Assembly: GCA_964587655.1 (NCBI GenBank)
Contig: CAZPMT010000001.1
Coordinates: 17,459 to 81,458 of the forward strand
Reading direction: 5' to 3'
DNA: 64,000 nucleotides
Source: an uncultured Nitrospiraceae bacterium
GTDB taxonomy: Bacteria; Hydrogenedentota; Hydrogenedentia; Hydrogenedentales; SLHB01
The notes beneath the pieces were generated by a model. It ran no database searches. It saw nothing but the letters and a program-made list of their open reading frames with translations, and had not been told where the DNA came from. This document shows positions 1-9,990 of this stretch, one piece after another. The translations under genes and the position numbers were made by a program. Every line of letters begins with the position of its first letter. Positions within the stretch are counted from its first letter, which is position 1.

Positions 1-78
1 GGGCTTGGAACTCACGGTGAACGAGGTGATACTATCTCCTCTTGGTCGTGACAGGAACGCAAGCCGGGAGGGGCACTC

Positions 79-1026
79 ATGCAGCGGCGAATCTGGATCG
101 TGTTGATAGGAGTTGCGATCATGACGGGATGTGCGACGACGTATCACGCGGGTGCGCCGAGTGGGGCAATCGACGTGATTGCCCACCGCGGCGCGAGCGC
201 CTATGCGCCTGAGAACACGTTGGCGGCGTTCAAGCGGGCCAAGGAACTTCAGGCGGATTGGTTTGAACTCGACTGCACGCTTACGAAGGACGGGCAGATC
301 ATTGTCATTCATGATGACAAGGTTGACCGCGTGACAAACGCGAAGGGCGCCGTGGCCGATATGACCCTGGCGGAGCTGAAAGAACTCGACGCCGGAACGT
401 GGAAGGACGCGAAGTTCGCCGGCGAGAAACTGCCGACGCTGGCGGAAGCCCTGGACTTCGCGAAGGCGGCGCGAATCGGGGTATATGTCGAGATCAAGAA
501 CAGCGCGGACGACAGCGCCCTCATCCGTGACGTCATGAAGATGACCGAGGGCCGCCATACCCCGCTTGACCCGAAGACGCGACGCGAGACGATGTCGATG
601 ATCCGCGCGAGCCGGACGCGCAACCTCGAACTGACGGAGAAGGTGATCGAACTCGTGCGGAAACGCCGCATGGCGAGCCAGGTCGTGATCCAATCGTTCT
701 CGCCGATCGTGTGCGTGATCGCGCTGACCGAGGCGCCAAGGTTTCGCACTGAGATGCTGGGATCAAAGGACAAGGACAATCCGGAGCGGTGGCCTATGTA
801 CCTTAGGTGGATGGAGCTGCTCGCCCCGCCGGGATTCAACACGAACCCGGAATCGTTCGAGGAGCCGCTGTTGAGGCAATGTCACGCCGAGGGCCGCACG
901 ATGGCGATCTGGACCTTGGACGAAGAGGCCGACATCCGGCACTTCGCGGAGCTTGGGGCGGATGCCATAATAACGAACAAGCCGGACATGTGCCTTAGGC
1001 TCCTCAAGGAGATGAGGAAACACTGA
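79..1026 (+). CDS. glycerophosphodiester phosphodiesterase (GDPD) family lipoprotein
   Basis: HRGASAYAPENT and DCTLTKDGQ..VIHD motifs typical of GDPD; N-terminal lipoprotein signal ending in a Cys (LIGVAIMTGC). Confidence 0.8.
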   Translation: MQRRIWIVLIGVAIMTGCATTYHAGAPSGAIDVIAHRGASAYAPENTLAAFKRAKELQADWFELDCTLTKDGQIIVIHDDKVDRVTNAKGAVADMTLAELKELDAGTWKDAKFAGEKLPTLAEALDFAKAARIGVYVEIKNSADDSALIRDVMKMTEGRHTPLDPKTRRETMSMIRASRTRNLELTEKVIELVRKRRMASQVVIQSFSPIVCVIALTEAPRFRTEMLGSKDKDNPERWPMYLRWMELLAPPGFNTNPESFEEPLLRQCHAEGRTMAIWTLDEEADIRHFAELGADAIITNKPDMCLRLLKEMRKH

Positions 1027-1077
1027 GCGGTTGTAAGAAATGCGGCACAATACGCCCATTCACTCAGCGGCCCTGGA

Positions 1078-1224
1078 ATGGCGTCATTCCCGCGAAAGCG
1101 GGAATCCAGTGCGCCCGTATATCGGTCCATAATACGGGCGCCCGTATATCGGTCCATAATACGGGCGGATGTCGCGGGTCGGCGTGTGTACTCTGGATTC
1201 CCGCTTTCGCGGGAATGACGCCAT
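1078..1224. mobile_element. MITE-like palindromic element with 32-bp perfect terminal inverted repeats ATGGCGTCATTCCCGCGAAAGCGGGAATCCAG and an internal 2x tandem hairpin
   Basis: IR-L 1078-1109 and IR-R 1193-1224 are exact reverse complements; each arm is itself a hairpin (ATTCCCGC-GAAA-GCGGGAAT); internal tandem duplicate CGCCCGTATATCGGTCCATAATACGGGCG x2; a shorter second copy at 57325-57391. Confidence 0.5.
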
Positions 1225-1270
1225 TTTGGGATTGTTTCACAAGCTCTGAGGCGTACTGGCGGGTGTTCTG

Positions 1271-2677
1271 ATGCGAAACGTAAAGGCAGGATCGAAGCCG
1301 CAAATACTCATTGCGTACGGCGAGATTCCGTATGCGGACGCCTTGGCCCGTTTCCTCGGGGTGGACCAGTACGAGATCGAGCGATGCCACGACGCTAAGG
1401 GGGTTCTCCGGCACGTCGCGGCGCGCAAGAGTCGTAATCCTTTTGGCATCATAGTATTAGACCTTGATCTGTGCGAGGAGAGATCGCCCGGTTCCGGCAA
1501 TATTGACCTCGTTTCGTTCGTACGGCGTCAGCAGCCGGAAGCGAAGGTGGTCCTGCTTTTCGACATATCGAAGATCGAGCGGGCCATCGAAGGCATTAGA
1601 AACGGCGCCTACTTCTATCTTCCAAGAAACAGCTTGCCTTCGGACGTTGCGCTTGTCGTGGGCAAGGCATTGAGGCACACAAGCACCGAGGCGGCCCTGG
1701 ACGAATACGAGCAGAGCGCGTTTGAAGCCATCGTCGGGGGCACGCCTGCCATGAAACGGGTGATCGAACTGATCACCAAGGTGGCGCCGACGGACAGCAC
1801 GGTCCTGTTGTTGGGCGAGAGCGGCACTGGAAAAGAAGTGCTCGCCCACGCGGTGCACCGGCTGAGCGCCCGGCGGGACAAACCGTTCATAGCGATAAAC
1901 TGCGCGGCCCTGCCCGAGACGTTGCTCGAGAGCGAGATGTTCGGCCACGTGAAGGGCGCCTTCACGGGAGCGGAGACAGAGAAGCGGGGGTTGTTCGAGG
2001 AGGCGGACGAAGGCAGCATTCTCCTGGACGAGATCGGGGACATGTCGCCCCTGACGCAGGCGAAGCTGTTGCGCGTGCTCCAGAACGGCGAGATCCGTCC
2101 CGTGGGCGCGTCGGTTGTCAAGCGGGTCGACGTGCGGGTCATTGCCGCGACGAATCGGGACTTGGTCGAAGCGGTCCAATCCGGCCGGTTCCGGGAGGAC
2201 TTGTATTTCAGGTTGAACGTGATCCAGATCCGCATTCCGCCGTTACGGGAGCGGCTCGATGCGCTGCCGGCCCTTGTGAATCACTTCATGACGCGCTTCA
2301 ACGCCAAGTTCGGAAAGCACGTCCACGGCGTGGACGACCACGCGCAGATCCTTCTGCGGAACTACGCCTATCCGGGCAACGTCCGGGAACTCGAGAGCGT
2401 GATCGCGCACGCCGTGATCATGTGCGACGGCGACGTGTTGACGGCGCGCGATATGCCCGACAGCGTCCGCCTGGGCACGGGCGCGAGGCTCGCCCTGCCC
2501 AACTATGCGTCGGCGGCGATCCCGACGTTGAGCGAACTCGAAGAGCAGGCCATCCGCTCGACACTGGACAAGGTCGAGGGAAACCAGACGGACGCCGCCA
2601 AGAAACTCGGCATATCCCGTTCGACGTTGTGGCGGAAGATGAAGGAATACGGCATTGCGAACGTGTCTCGGGCTTAG
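1271..2677 (+). CDS. sigma-54-dependent transcriptional activator (NtrC-family AAA+ enhancer-binding protein) with degenerate N-terminal receiver-like domain and C-terminal Fis-type HTH
   Basis: Walker A GESGTGKE, GAFTGA motif (ESEMFGHVKGAFTGA), C-terminal HTH AAKKLGISRSTLWRKMKEYGI. Confidence 0.85.
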   Translation: MRNVKAGSKPQILIAYGEIPYADALARFLGVDQYEIERCHDAKGVLRHVAARKSRNPFGIIVLDLDLCEERSPGSGNIDLVSFVRRQQPEAKVVLLFDISKIERAIEGIRNGAYFYLPRNSLPSDVALVVGKALRHTSTEAALDEYEQSAFEAIVGGTPAMKRVIELITKVAPTDSTVLLLGESGTGKEVLAHAVHRLSARRDKPFIAINCAALPETLLESEMFGHVKGAFTGAETEKRGLFEEADEGSILLDEIGDMSPLTQAKLLRVLQNGEIRPVGASVVKRVDVRVIAATNRDLVEAVQSGRFREDLYFRLNVIQIRIPPLRERLDALPALVNHFMTRFNAKFGKHVHGVDDHAQILLRNYAYPGNVRELESVIAHAVIMCDGDVLTARDMPDSVRLGTGARLALPNYASAAIPTLSELEEQAIRSTLDKVEGNQTDAAKKLGISRSTLWRKMKEYGIANVSRA

Positions 2678-2781
2678 GGTTTCGGGTTCAGGATTTCGAT
2701 CCCGGTCTCCTCAATGGGTAGTCATGATCTTCCCTTATTGCACTGCCTGGCGCCGCTCTAAAGAAGCTGACGGAGGATTCG

Positions 2782-3870
2782 ATGGACTCGCGTGAACGAG
2801 TGTTTCGCACGCTGGCGTTTGAGGAGCCGGACCGGGTTCCAATCGACCTGTGGCTATCAAGCGGGATGCGGGAAAAGCTGACGGGCGCAGGATGGCCGTC
2901 CTATGAGGCGCTTCTCGATTCGTACGACGTGGACTTGCGCTACATCGAGGGGCCTCAGTACGCAGGTCCGGCGTTGCGGACCTTCGCCGACGGTACTGAC
3001 GAGGACCTCTGGGGCGTGCGACGGCGGACCGTGGTCGCGGCAGTCGGTGACGGAACGGAGACGTACAAGGAAGTCGCGTGGTCGCCGCTCGCGGACGCGC
3101 GGTCCGTCGAAGAGGTCGACGCGTACGGGCACTGGCCGTCGCCGGACTGGTTCGACTACGGCGGAATCGAGCGTCAATGCGAAGCCATCCGGCGCGGAGG
3201 GCGGGTCGTCGTGTTCATGGGAGACCGCATGAATCGCCTCGCCCAACTAAAGCCTGCCATGTACATCCGAGGCGTCGAGCAGATCCTGTCGGACATGCTC
3301 ATGAATCCGGAGATTGCCGCGGCGATCTTCGCGCGAATTCGGGATTTCTACCTCGCCTACGCGGAACGTATTTTCGAGGCGGCACGCGGAAAACTCGATA
3401 TGCTTCTCATGGGCGATGATTTTGGTTCTCAGCAGGCCCCGCTGGTTTCTCCTGAGATGTGGATTGATTTTCTGGGCGCGGGCTTCGAAAGCTTCATCGC
3501 GATTGCGAAGCACTATGGCCTGCGGGTCATGCACCACACGTGCGGCAGCGTTCGTCCGCTTGTGCCTCTGATGATCGAGCGCGGGCTGGACGTTCTTCAG
3601 TCGCTTCAGCCAGAAGCCGCGGACATGGATGCGGGAATGCTCAAGCGGGAATTTGGAAAGAGGCTCGCGTTTCACGGCGGGATCTCGATCCAGAAGACGC
3701 TTCCGTTCGGAACGCCGCGCGAAGTGCGGGACGAAGTGCGGGATCGCATACGGGCGCTGGCGCCGGGCGGAGGCTACATCTTATGCACCGCCCACAACAT
3801 CCAGGCCGATACGCCGGTGGAAAACGTGCGGGCGCTACTTGACGCATACCTCGAGTTTAGCGAATATTGA
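2782..3870 (+). CDS. uroporphyrinogen decarboxylase (URO-D) family protein (MtaA/CmuA-like)
   Basis: N-terminal RVFRTLAFEEPDRVPIDLW and overall URO-D-like TIM-barrel sequence pattern; 362 aa. Confidence 0.6.
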   Translation: MDSRERVFRTLAFEEPDRVPIDLWLSSGMREKLTGAGWPSYEALLDSYDVDLRYIEGPQYAGPALRTFADGTDEDLWGVRRRTVVAAVGDGTETYKEVAWSPLADARSVEEVDAYGHWPSPDWFDYGGIERQCEAIRRGGRVVVFMGDRMNRLAQLKPAMYIRGVEQILSDMLMNPEIAAAIFARIRDFYLAYAERIFEAARGKLDMLLMGDDFGSQQAPLVSPEMWIDFLGAGFESFIAIAKHYGLRVMHHTCGSVRPLVPLMIERGLDVLQSLQPEAADMDAGMLKREFGKRLAFHGGISIQKTLPFGTPREVRDEVRDRIRALAPGGGYILCTAHNIQADTPVENVRALLDAYLEFSEY

Positions 3871-3871
3871 C

Positions 3872-3895
3872 GACAAGGGGTTGCAACCCCTTGTC
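3872..3895. repeat. 24-bp perfect palindrome GACAAGGGGTTGCAACCCCTTGTC (copy 1 of 4)
   Basis: exact palindrome 2 bp after the stop of the upstream URO-D gene and 24 bp before the start of the next; further copies at 15387-15410, 38494-38517 and 49276-49299 (1 mismatch). Confidence 0.85.
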
Positions 3896-3919
3896 TGTAT
3901 CTTCCTGAAAGGAAACGAT

Positions 3920-5017
3920 GTGCTGAAGCAATTGCCCCTCAAACAGCCCAAGCCGGACGTCAAGGAATTCGTCGACATCATTCTCGGGCGGACGAGATCA
4001 AGCCGGACGCCGCTCGTCGAGTACATCGTGGACGACGCGGTGCGGCGGCCCGTGGTCACGGAGCTCCTCGGGCGCGCGTGGGTGGATCACGGTCCCGATC
4101 GCGAAATTCAGAGCACTTACTGGGAAAACTTCATCGCGTTCTGGCACAGGCTGGGCTACGACTTTGTCCGTTTCGAGCAGGGATTGGGCTTCCAGGTCGG
4201 CTCACTCGCCGTGGGTGATACCGCGCCGGGCGTGGACAAGATGCGTCACTGGGCCGATGAGCACCGGGGCGGCATCATGACCTGGGAGGACTTCGAGCGT
4301 TATCCGTGGCCGCGGATCGAAGAAGTGGACTTTTTTCCGATGGAGTATATGAACGCGCATCTCCCGGAAGGCATGGGATTGATCACGTGCCACGGAGGTG
4401 GAGTTTTCGAGCACGTCTCCCGTTTGATGTCATTGGAAGGCATCTGCATCGCCGTCTACGAGAACCCGGAGCTTGTCCGGGCCGTCGCGGACAAAGTGGG
4501 CGAACTGCTGTTTTCTTATTACCGTCATCTCGTGGGTTTCGAGAACGTGGTCGCACTCTTCCAGGGCGACGACATGGGGTTTCGGACACAGACGTTGCTG
4601 GGTCCCGACGATCTGCGCAAGTACTGCCTGCCCTGGCACAAGCGTTTCGCGCGGCTTGCACACGATCACGGCCTCCCCTACTTTCTGCACTCGTGCGGGA
4701 ACATCGAGGCCATCATGGAGGACCTGATCACGAACGTAAACATCGACGCCAAGCATTCCTTCGAGGATGCGATCATGCCCGTGGAGGCGTTTCAGGAACG
4801 CTACGGCGACCGCATTGGCGTATTAGGCGGCGTCGATATCAACCGTTTGACGCAGGACGCTCCCGGCGAGGTCCGGCGTCACACGCGTTTTCTGGTCGAG
4901 ACTTGCGGCGCCCGTGGCCGGTATGCGATCGGTTCGGGCAATTCAATTCCAAGCTACATCCCCGTGGAAAACTACCTGGCGATGATCGATGAAGCGGTGG
5001 AAATGATGCCAAGTTGA
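3920..5017 (+). CDS. URO-D family protein, paralog 2 (GTG start; the ORF-track N-terminal extension is rejected)
   Basis: the in-frame GTG at 3920 is preceded by AAAGGAAA RBS; the track's 462-aa ORF starts inside the upstream gene; URO-D-like sequence (LPWHKRFARLAHDHGLPYFLHSCGNIE). Confidence 0.6.
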   Translation: MLKQLPLKQPKPDVKEFVDIILGRTRSSRTPLVEYIVDDAVRRPVVTELLGRAWVDHGPDREIQSTYWENFIAFWHRLGYDFVRFEQGLGFQVGSLAVGDTAPGVDKMRHWADEHRGGIMTWEDFERYPWPRIEEVDFFPMEYMNAHLPEGMGLITCHGGGVFEHVSRLMSLEGICIAVYENPELVRAVADKVGELLFSYYRHLVGFENVVALFQGDDMGFRTQTLLGPDDLRKYCLPWHKRFARLAHDHGLPYFLHSCGNIEAIMEDLITNVNIDAKHSFEDAIMPVEAFQERYGDRIGVLGGVDINRLTQDAPGEVRRHTRFLVETCGARGRYAIGSGNSIPSYIPVENYLAMIDEAVEMMPS

Positions 5018-5039
5018 GCGCGAGGAGGGGATTGGGACC

Positions 5040-6380
5040 TTATGTCCCGAGGGTCCATCCCTCGCGGTATGGCGGGTTGATGTACTGATTGGCCTCGGGC
5101 ACGTTGGTTATGGTCATGTTCGGGCTGTCCCAGAGCAGCTTCTTACCGGTGCGGATCGCGATGTTGCCCAGGAGGACGACTTCGGCCAACGGTCCCGCGA
5201 AATCGAAATTGGAGCCTGCGGGTTCGCCGCCTTTGCACGCGTTGATCCACTCTTGGTAATGGCCTGGAGAGCGCGGGAGTTTCTTCGGGGGAGGGCCGTA
5301 TTCCTTCATCCGGGTTTCGGGGATGATGCGGTGGTTCAGCATTTTCCCTTTGTCGCCGACGTAGAGCATGCCATCGCCGCCGCCGAATTGCCGGTCCGGT
5401 TCGAGTTCCTCCGGACGATGCGGCATCAATCCGCCATCGTACCACGTCAGCGTCACGGCGGGCCGGTCCCCTACCGCCGGGAATTCGTAATACACGATCG
5501 AGGCGGTTGGTGCGCTTTCGTTGTTGACTTCGGGCGGACATTGCGCGGCGGTCGACGTTGCTTCGACACTTGTGGGATGTCCCAGTTTGAGCGCCTTGAA
5601 GATCGCGGAAAAGTTGTGGCAGCCGATGTCGCCCAACACGCCCGTGCCGAAATCCCACCAGCCGCGCCAAACGAACGGGTTGTAAGCGTGCTCGACATAT
5701 GGCCGCAGGGGCGCCGGCCCAAGCCAGAGGTCCCAGTCGAGCGTGGCCGGCGCCGGGGAAGATCCTTGTGGGCGCGCCATGCCGCGAGGCGAAATCGAGG
5801 GATTCCGATTGCACCACCCGTGGATCTCGCGCACGTTCCCGATGGCGCCGTCCCAAATAAGCTCGCACAATACGCGTGACTCTTCGGAGGCCTGGCCCTG
5901 GTTGCCCATCTGGGTCGCAACCTTTGCCTTTCGGGCGGCTTCGGCGACCACGCGGGCTTCGTGGATCGAGTGCGTCAGCGGTTTCTCGCAATAGACGTGC
6001 TTACCGAGCTGGATCGCCGCCATTGAGACGACCGCATGCAGGTGGTCCGGGGTACCCACAACCACCGCATCGATGTCCTTCTGTTTTTCGAGCATGACGC
6101 GGAAATCGCGGTATCTCTTGGCCTGGGGATAGCGCTCGTACACTTTCGCCGCGTACGCATCGTCAACGTCGCACAGGGCGACAATGTTCTCACTCTTGAG
6201 ATTGTCGATGTTGTTGCCGCCTTGGCCGCCGACGCCGATCCCGGCGATATTGAGCTTCTCATTGGGCGAAACTTTGCGCCGTTTCTTCTTGGCGGCAACC
6301 GCCGGACCGGCTGCCAAGGCGCCCACGGTTGCGGCAGTTCCCATCAAGAAGTAGCGCCGTGAAATCCCCGCGTCTCTCAT
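5040..6380 (-). CDS. Gfo/Idh/MocA family NAD(P)-dependent oxidoreductase with twin-arginine (Tat) signal peptide
   Basis: MRDAGISRRYFLMGTAATVGALAAGPAVAA Tat signal; Rossmann motif GIGVGGQG; start chosen at the ATG preceded by a GGAGGG RBS. Confidence 0.75.
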   Translation of the reverse strand: MRDAGISRRYFLMGTAATVGALAAGPAVAAKKKRRKVSPNEKLNIAGIGVGGQGGNNIDNLKSENIVALCDVDDAYAAKVYERYPQAKRYRDFRVMLEKQKDIDAVVVGTPDHLHAVVSMAAIQLGKHVYCEKPLTHSIHEARVVAEAARKAKVATQMGNQGQASEESRVLCELIWDGAIGNVREIHGWCNRNPSISPRGMARPQGSSPAPATLDWDLWLGPAPLRPYVEHAYNPFVWRGWWDFGTGVLGDIGCHNFSAIFKALKLGHPTSVEATSTAAQCPPEVNNESAPTASIVYYEFPAVGDRPAVTLTWYDGGLMPHRPEELEPDRQFGGGDGMLYVGDKGKMLNHRIIPETRMKEYGPPPKKLPRSPGHYQEWINACKGGEPAGSNFDFAGPLAEVVLLGNIAIRTGKKLLWDSPNMTITNVPEANQYINPPYREGWTLGT

Positions 6381-6572
6381 GCTGAAATCCCTCCATCGTG
6401 ACTCTTGCGTTGCATTTTCGGGACCATTCCTGTCCGTCATTGTAAGCGTACCGGGCAAGCGCAGGCAACCTACTCACATTCTGTTGGGCCTTGGATCCAA
6501 GATCCGGTCGTTGGTTTGCCCGCGTAGTCGTTTTTTTGGTAGTGTCTTGGCAAACAGAGTAACGGTAGATCC

Positions 6573-7487
6573 ATGCGTATCGATATCGCAGGCCAGACGG
6601 ATATAGGACGCCGGAAGAAGAACAACGAGGATTTCTTCGGCGTTTTCCGTGAAGACACGCCCGATCTGCAACTCTTTGAAGAAGGGGCTTTCCTGTGCGT
6701 GGCGGACGGGCTCGGCGGCCACATGGGGGGAGAGATCGCCAGCAAGCTCGCGGTCTCCATTCTGAGGGACGCCCTGAAGGAAAAGGCCCAGGACCCACAT
6801 GAAGGGGAAGAAGCGGACGACAAGAAATCCGGGATCATCCCCGTGTTGAGCGAAGGGATCCGCCGCGCGAATGAAAGCGTCTATCGCACGAACCTGGACC
6901 TAGTCAAGCGTGAGCGCCCCATGGGTACAACCTTGCTGGGCGTAGTCGTCGAGCGCAAGAAAGTCCATATCGCAAACGTCGGCGACTCCCGCTGCTATCA
7001 CATCCGCGATGCTGAGATCATCGACAAGACCGAGGACCATTCGTGGGTGGACGAACAGGTCAAGCTGGGTCTAATGTCCCGCGCCGAGGCCGAGTCGGAT
7101 TTGCGCCGGAACCTAGTCACCCGCTGCATCGGCACCGAGCCCGAAGTCGCCGTCGACGCTTACGTCTGGCACGTTGTCCCCGGAGACATCCTCCTGCTCT
7201 GCACGGACGGCCTCGTCAACATGGCGAAGGACGCCGACATCGTCGAAGTCTTTCGCAAGCGGGGCACGTCGGCGGAGATCGCCACGCGCCTGGTCAGCCT
7301 GGCCAACGAAAAAGGGGGCCGCGACAACATCACTGTCATCGTAGCGCACATCAGCCCGACCATCGGCCATTTCGTCTCCGGTTTCTTTCGGAAACACTGG
7401 AAAACGATAATCAAAACCATCCTCGTGCTGGCTTTCGGTGCGGCATGCTTCGCCGCGGGCTATTACTTACGAGGAATGGGATTCTGA
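6573..7487 (+). CDS. PP2C-family Ser/Thr protein phosphatase with C-terminal transmembrane anchor
   Basis: GQTDIGRRKKNNED, ADGLGGH, NVGDSRCY and LLCTDGL motifs typical of PP2C; C-terminal hydrophobic helix. Confidence 0.8.
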   Translation: MRIDIAGQTDIGRRKKNNEDFFGVFREDTPDLQLFEEGAFLCVADGLGGHMGGEIASKLAVSILRDALKEKAQDPHEGEEADDKKSGIIPVLSEGIRRANESVYRTNLDLVKRERPMGTTLLGVVVERKKVHIANVGDSRCYHIRDAEIIDKTEDHSWVDEQVKLGLMSRAEAESDLRRNLVTRCIGTEPEVAVDAYVWHVVPGDILLLCTDGLVNMAKDADIVEVFRKRGTSAEIATRLVSLANEKGGRDNITVIVAHISPTIGHFVSGFFRKHWKTIIKTILVLAFGAACFAAGYYLRGMGF

Positions 7488-7498
7488 TGCGACGGCGC

Positions 7499-9633
7499 TC
7501 ATTGCTGCGTTCTTGCCGTCAATCGCAGGACGGCCGCTTTGCCGCCTGACACTTCCATCGCAAGCCTGCCTTGCCGGAAATCGTAGGCGCGGCAACTGAA
7601 CGCGTAGGCGTCGTTCACGAAGCATTCGATAATGGAACCCTGGACGAATACCTCCAGCGTGATCGGCGTCGCGGCGTCCATGACGATCTTTCGCGGATAC
7701 TTGAACGTTGCCCCGGCGATCTCCGCCTCCTGAATCTCCGGACGCAACGTCAGGCGGTAACCCGAGTCCGTGGCATCCTGATCGCGCATGCCCAGCGTGA
7801 AGACCGCCTTGGGATCGAGTTGGATCCGGCAAAGAAGCATGTAGTTTTCCGGCACATCGAACAGGCATCGTGCGCCCTTCCCGGCGGGCTCCGCGATGAG
7901 TCCGTTGTCAGTGTACCGCCATTGTTCGCCTACACATTTGAACTCAGGCCTGTTCGCTAGTTCGAGAACCGTTCGCGAGAACGCCGCCGCCGCCTCGGCC
8001 ACTGGCCGGAAGAGTAGTTGCCCGCCCGGGCCGGCGTAGACCTCGCGCGGCACGCTCTGATCGCCGCCCCACTCGAAACCGCCGCCGTCCTTCTCGCCGC
8101 TGAGGTCGCGTATCCAACCCGTGATGACGTGCCGCTTCCCATCGAACATCCGTTTCGCCGCGTACAGAATCGGCGTATCGATCGAGATCGCGGGCGGGAG
8201 ACGATACGGGCCGCGTATGTTGTCCGCATACCGCATGTCCGTCGTGCCCGCGCTCGGCGAATGGATTAGATAGTAGGTGTTGTCGATCTTGAACAGGTCC
8301 GGACACTCCGGCGTCCCCTCTCCGAGCGGAGGTTCGAGCTCGAGCGGCTCGGTCTGTTCCCACTTCACGAGATCGTTCGAGACGGCGACGCCCTGCACCG
8401 GCTTGCCGGTCTTCGCATCGCGCGCGCACAAGATCATCCAGTACCGCTTATCGCCGTCGTTCCAGAAGACGTACGGGTCGCGGAAGTCCGAGTTCTGATA
8501 ATGGATCTCATCGCCGCGAAAACCATGTTCGGGATGCTTCGTCCACGCGATCAGATCCGGACTCGTCGCGTGCATGATCCACTCGCGCCCCTCGGGATTC
8601 GCGGGGTTCCAGCCGGTGTAGAAGATGTGAAACGCGCCGTCTCTTTCCGTAACAGATCCCGTGAACATGTGCAGACCGTCAGGCCCGTCAGGTTTCCCGT
8701 CCGGCACAAGGGCCGTCGGCAGTTCCTTCCAATGAATGAGATTCGTCGAGGCGATGTGTTCCCAAGGCACCTTCTCGATGGCGCGCAAGTAGAAGATGTG
8801 ATACTGCCCCTGCCAGAAAAACGGTATCGTGTCCGCCAGACGTCCCACCTCGGGACGATAGTGAATCGGCGACGCATAGGGTTCGACGTATCCCGTGCAA
8901 GGCATGACATCCTCCTTTCTCATCAGTACCGCCAATTCATCGTCTCTCAGCGCGCGCGACCAGAGGGCCGCCTCCTCCATTTCGCCGGTGAACGGGCGCA
9001 CGACCTGGCCGCTGTCCGTCTCCGCGCCGATGAGGACCGGCTCCGCATTCTGTGTCAGGTCCCCGCCCTTCCACCACTTCTTCGCCATCACCTTGCCGTC
9101 GCAAATTACCTCGATGGTCCTCCCGTCGTAACGCCCCGCGAAATCGTGCCACGCCGCCGCATTGATGTCCGAAACGGGAAAGCTGACCATGACAAACCCA
9201 TTCCTCGAGTGGACCTCAAACCCGACGTCGGGGCCCGGCGTGCCGCCGAGGTCCACGCTGAAAAGGTTGAACGTCACAACGTCATGACTGCCCCTCTTGC
9301 AGAACAATCCATAACTCCATTGCCCCTTCGGGTCACGCGCCCGCAGGTACACCGTTATCCCGTTGCCGGTGACCGTCAGATCCTTTCCCGCATCGAAATA
9401 TGCGTCCGACATCCGGGCCGCTTTGCCCCCGGGCAAGGCCCCCTCGCCCCCCGCATCCACCCCAACCTCGATCTCACCCGATTCCCTCAACGGAATCGCC
9501 GCCCCCTTCCCGCCGTCGCCAAGCATCCAGCGCGCCGCCGCACGATCAAGGACCTCCTGTCGCGACGCGCCCACGGCCGATGCAGCCGCCAACAGCAGTA
9601 TCGCACATGCCGACACAAAAGTCCTCTTCATCA
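7499..9633 (-). CDS. secreted GH32-family (beta-fructofuranosidase/levanase-like) 5-bladed beta-propeller glycoside hydrolase with N-terminal LamG/concanavalin-like domain
   Basis: signal peptide MKRTFVSACAILLLAAASA; GH32 blocks: nucleophile region GRLADT..YHIFY, FRDPYVFW (RDP), TPECPDLF (EC); LamG-like N-terminal segment. Confidence 0.55.
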
Positions 9634-9990
9634 CTGCCCTCCCATTTGCCACGCAGAACCCGGAATCGTCCATTCGCTTTCGATCACGAGTGCGATAATG
9701 GTAAAGAGTTTGTGCAGTCCCCGCAAATCCGATCGCGCGCGGGCAAGCCGATAGCATCGAACGCGCCGCCAGAGGAACGTCTCCACTTTGCTCATGAAAC
9801 TGTCGCTCGCCAGAGGACACCCCGTCTGCGTGCGAATCGAGCCATGACCAAGACGATAACATATTGCCCGCCCCCAGCCAGATAAAGGGTAACTGTTCTT
9901 GACACGGCCTTAAGGAATGTCGCACCATGATTCTATTGCTTTGACCGCCTGAAGGGAGATGGCGGATAGTCAGGGCTGCGGGGATAGATC

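Noticed and set aside
3629-3919. N-terminal 97 codons of the 462-aa ORF-track entry 3629-5017
   Set aside because: This part overlaps the 3' end of the upstream URO-D gene and the intergenic palindrome. The paralog alignment and the RBS support a GTG start at 3920.
6380-6573. Search for tRNA or other structured RNA in intergenic regions (also 28824-28967, 38335-38745, 55868-56004)
   Set aside because: No T-loop-like GTTCRANYC motifs or cloverleaf-compatible inverted repeats were found. No rRNA-like stretches are present in the window.
7499-9928. Upstream 99-codon extension of the GH32-like ORF (MVRHS...)
   Set aside because: The extension lacks a signal peptide and runs through the promoter region. 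The internal Met at ~9633 begins a canonical signal peptide (MKRTFVSACAILLLAAASA).
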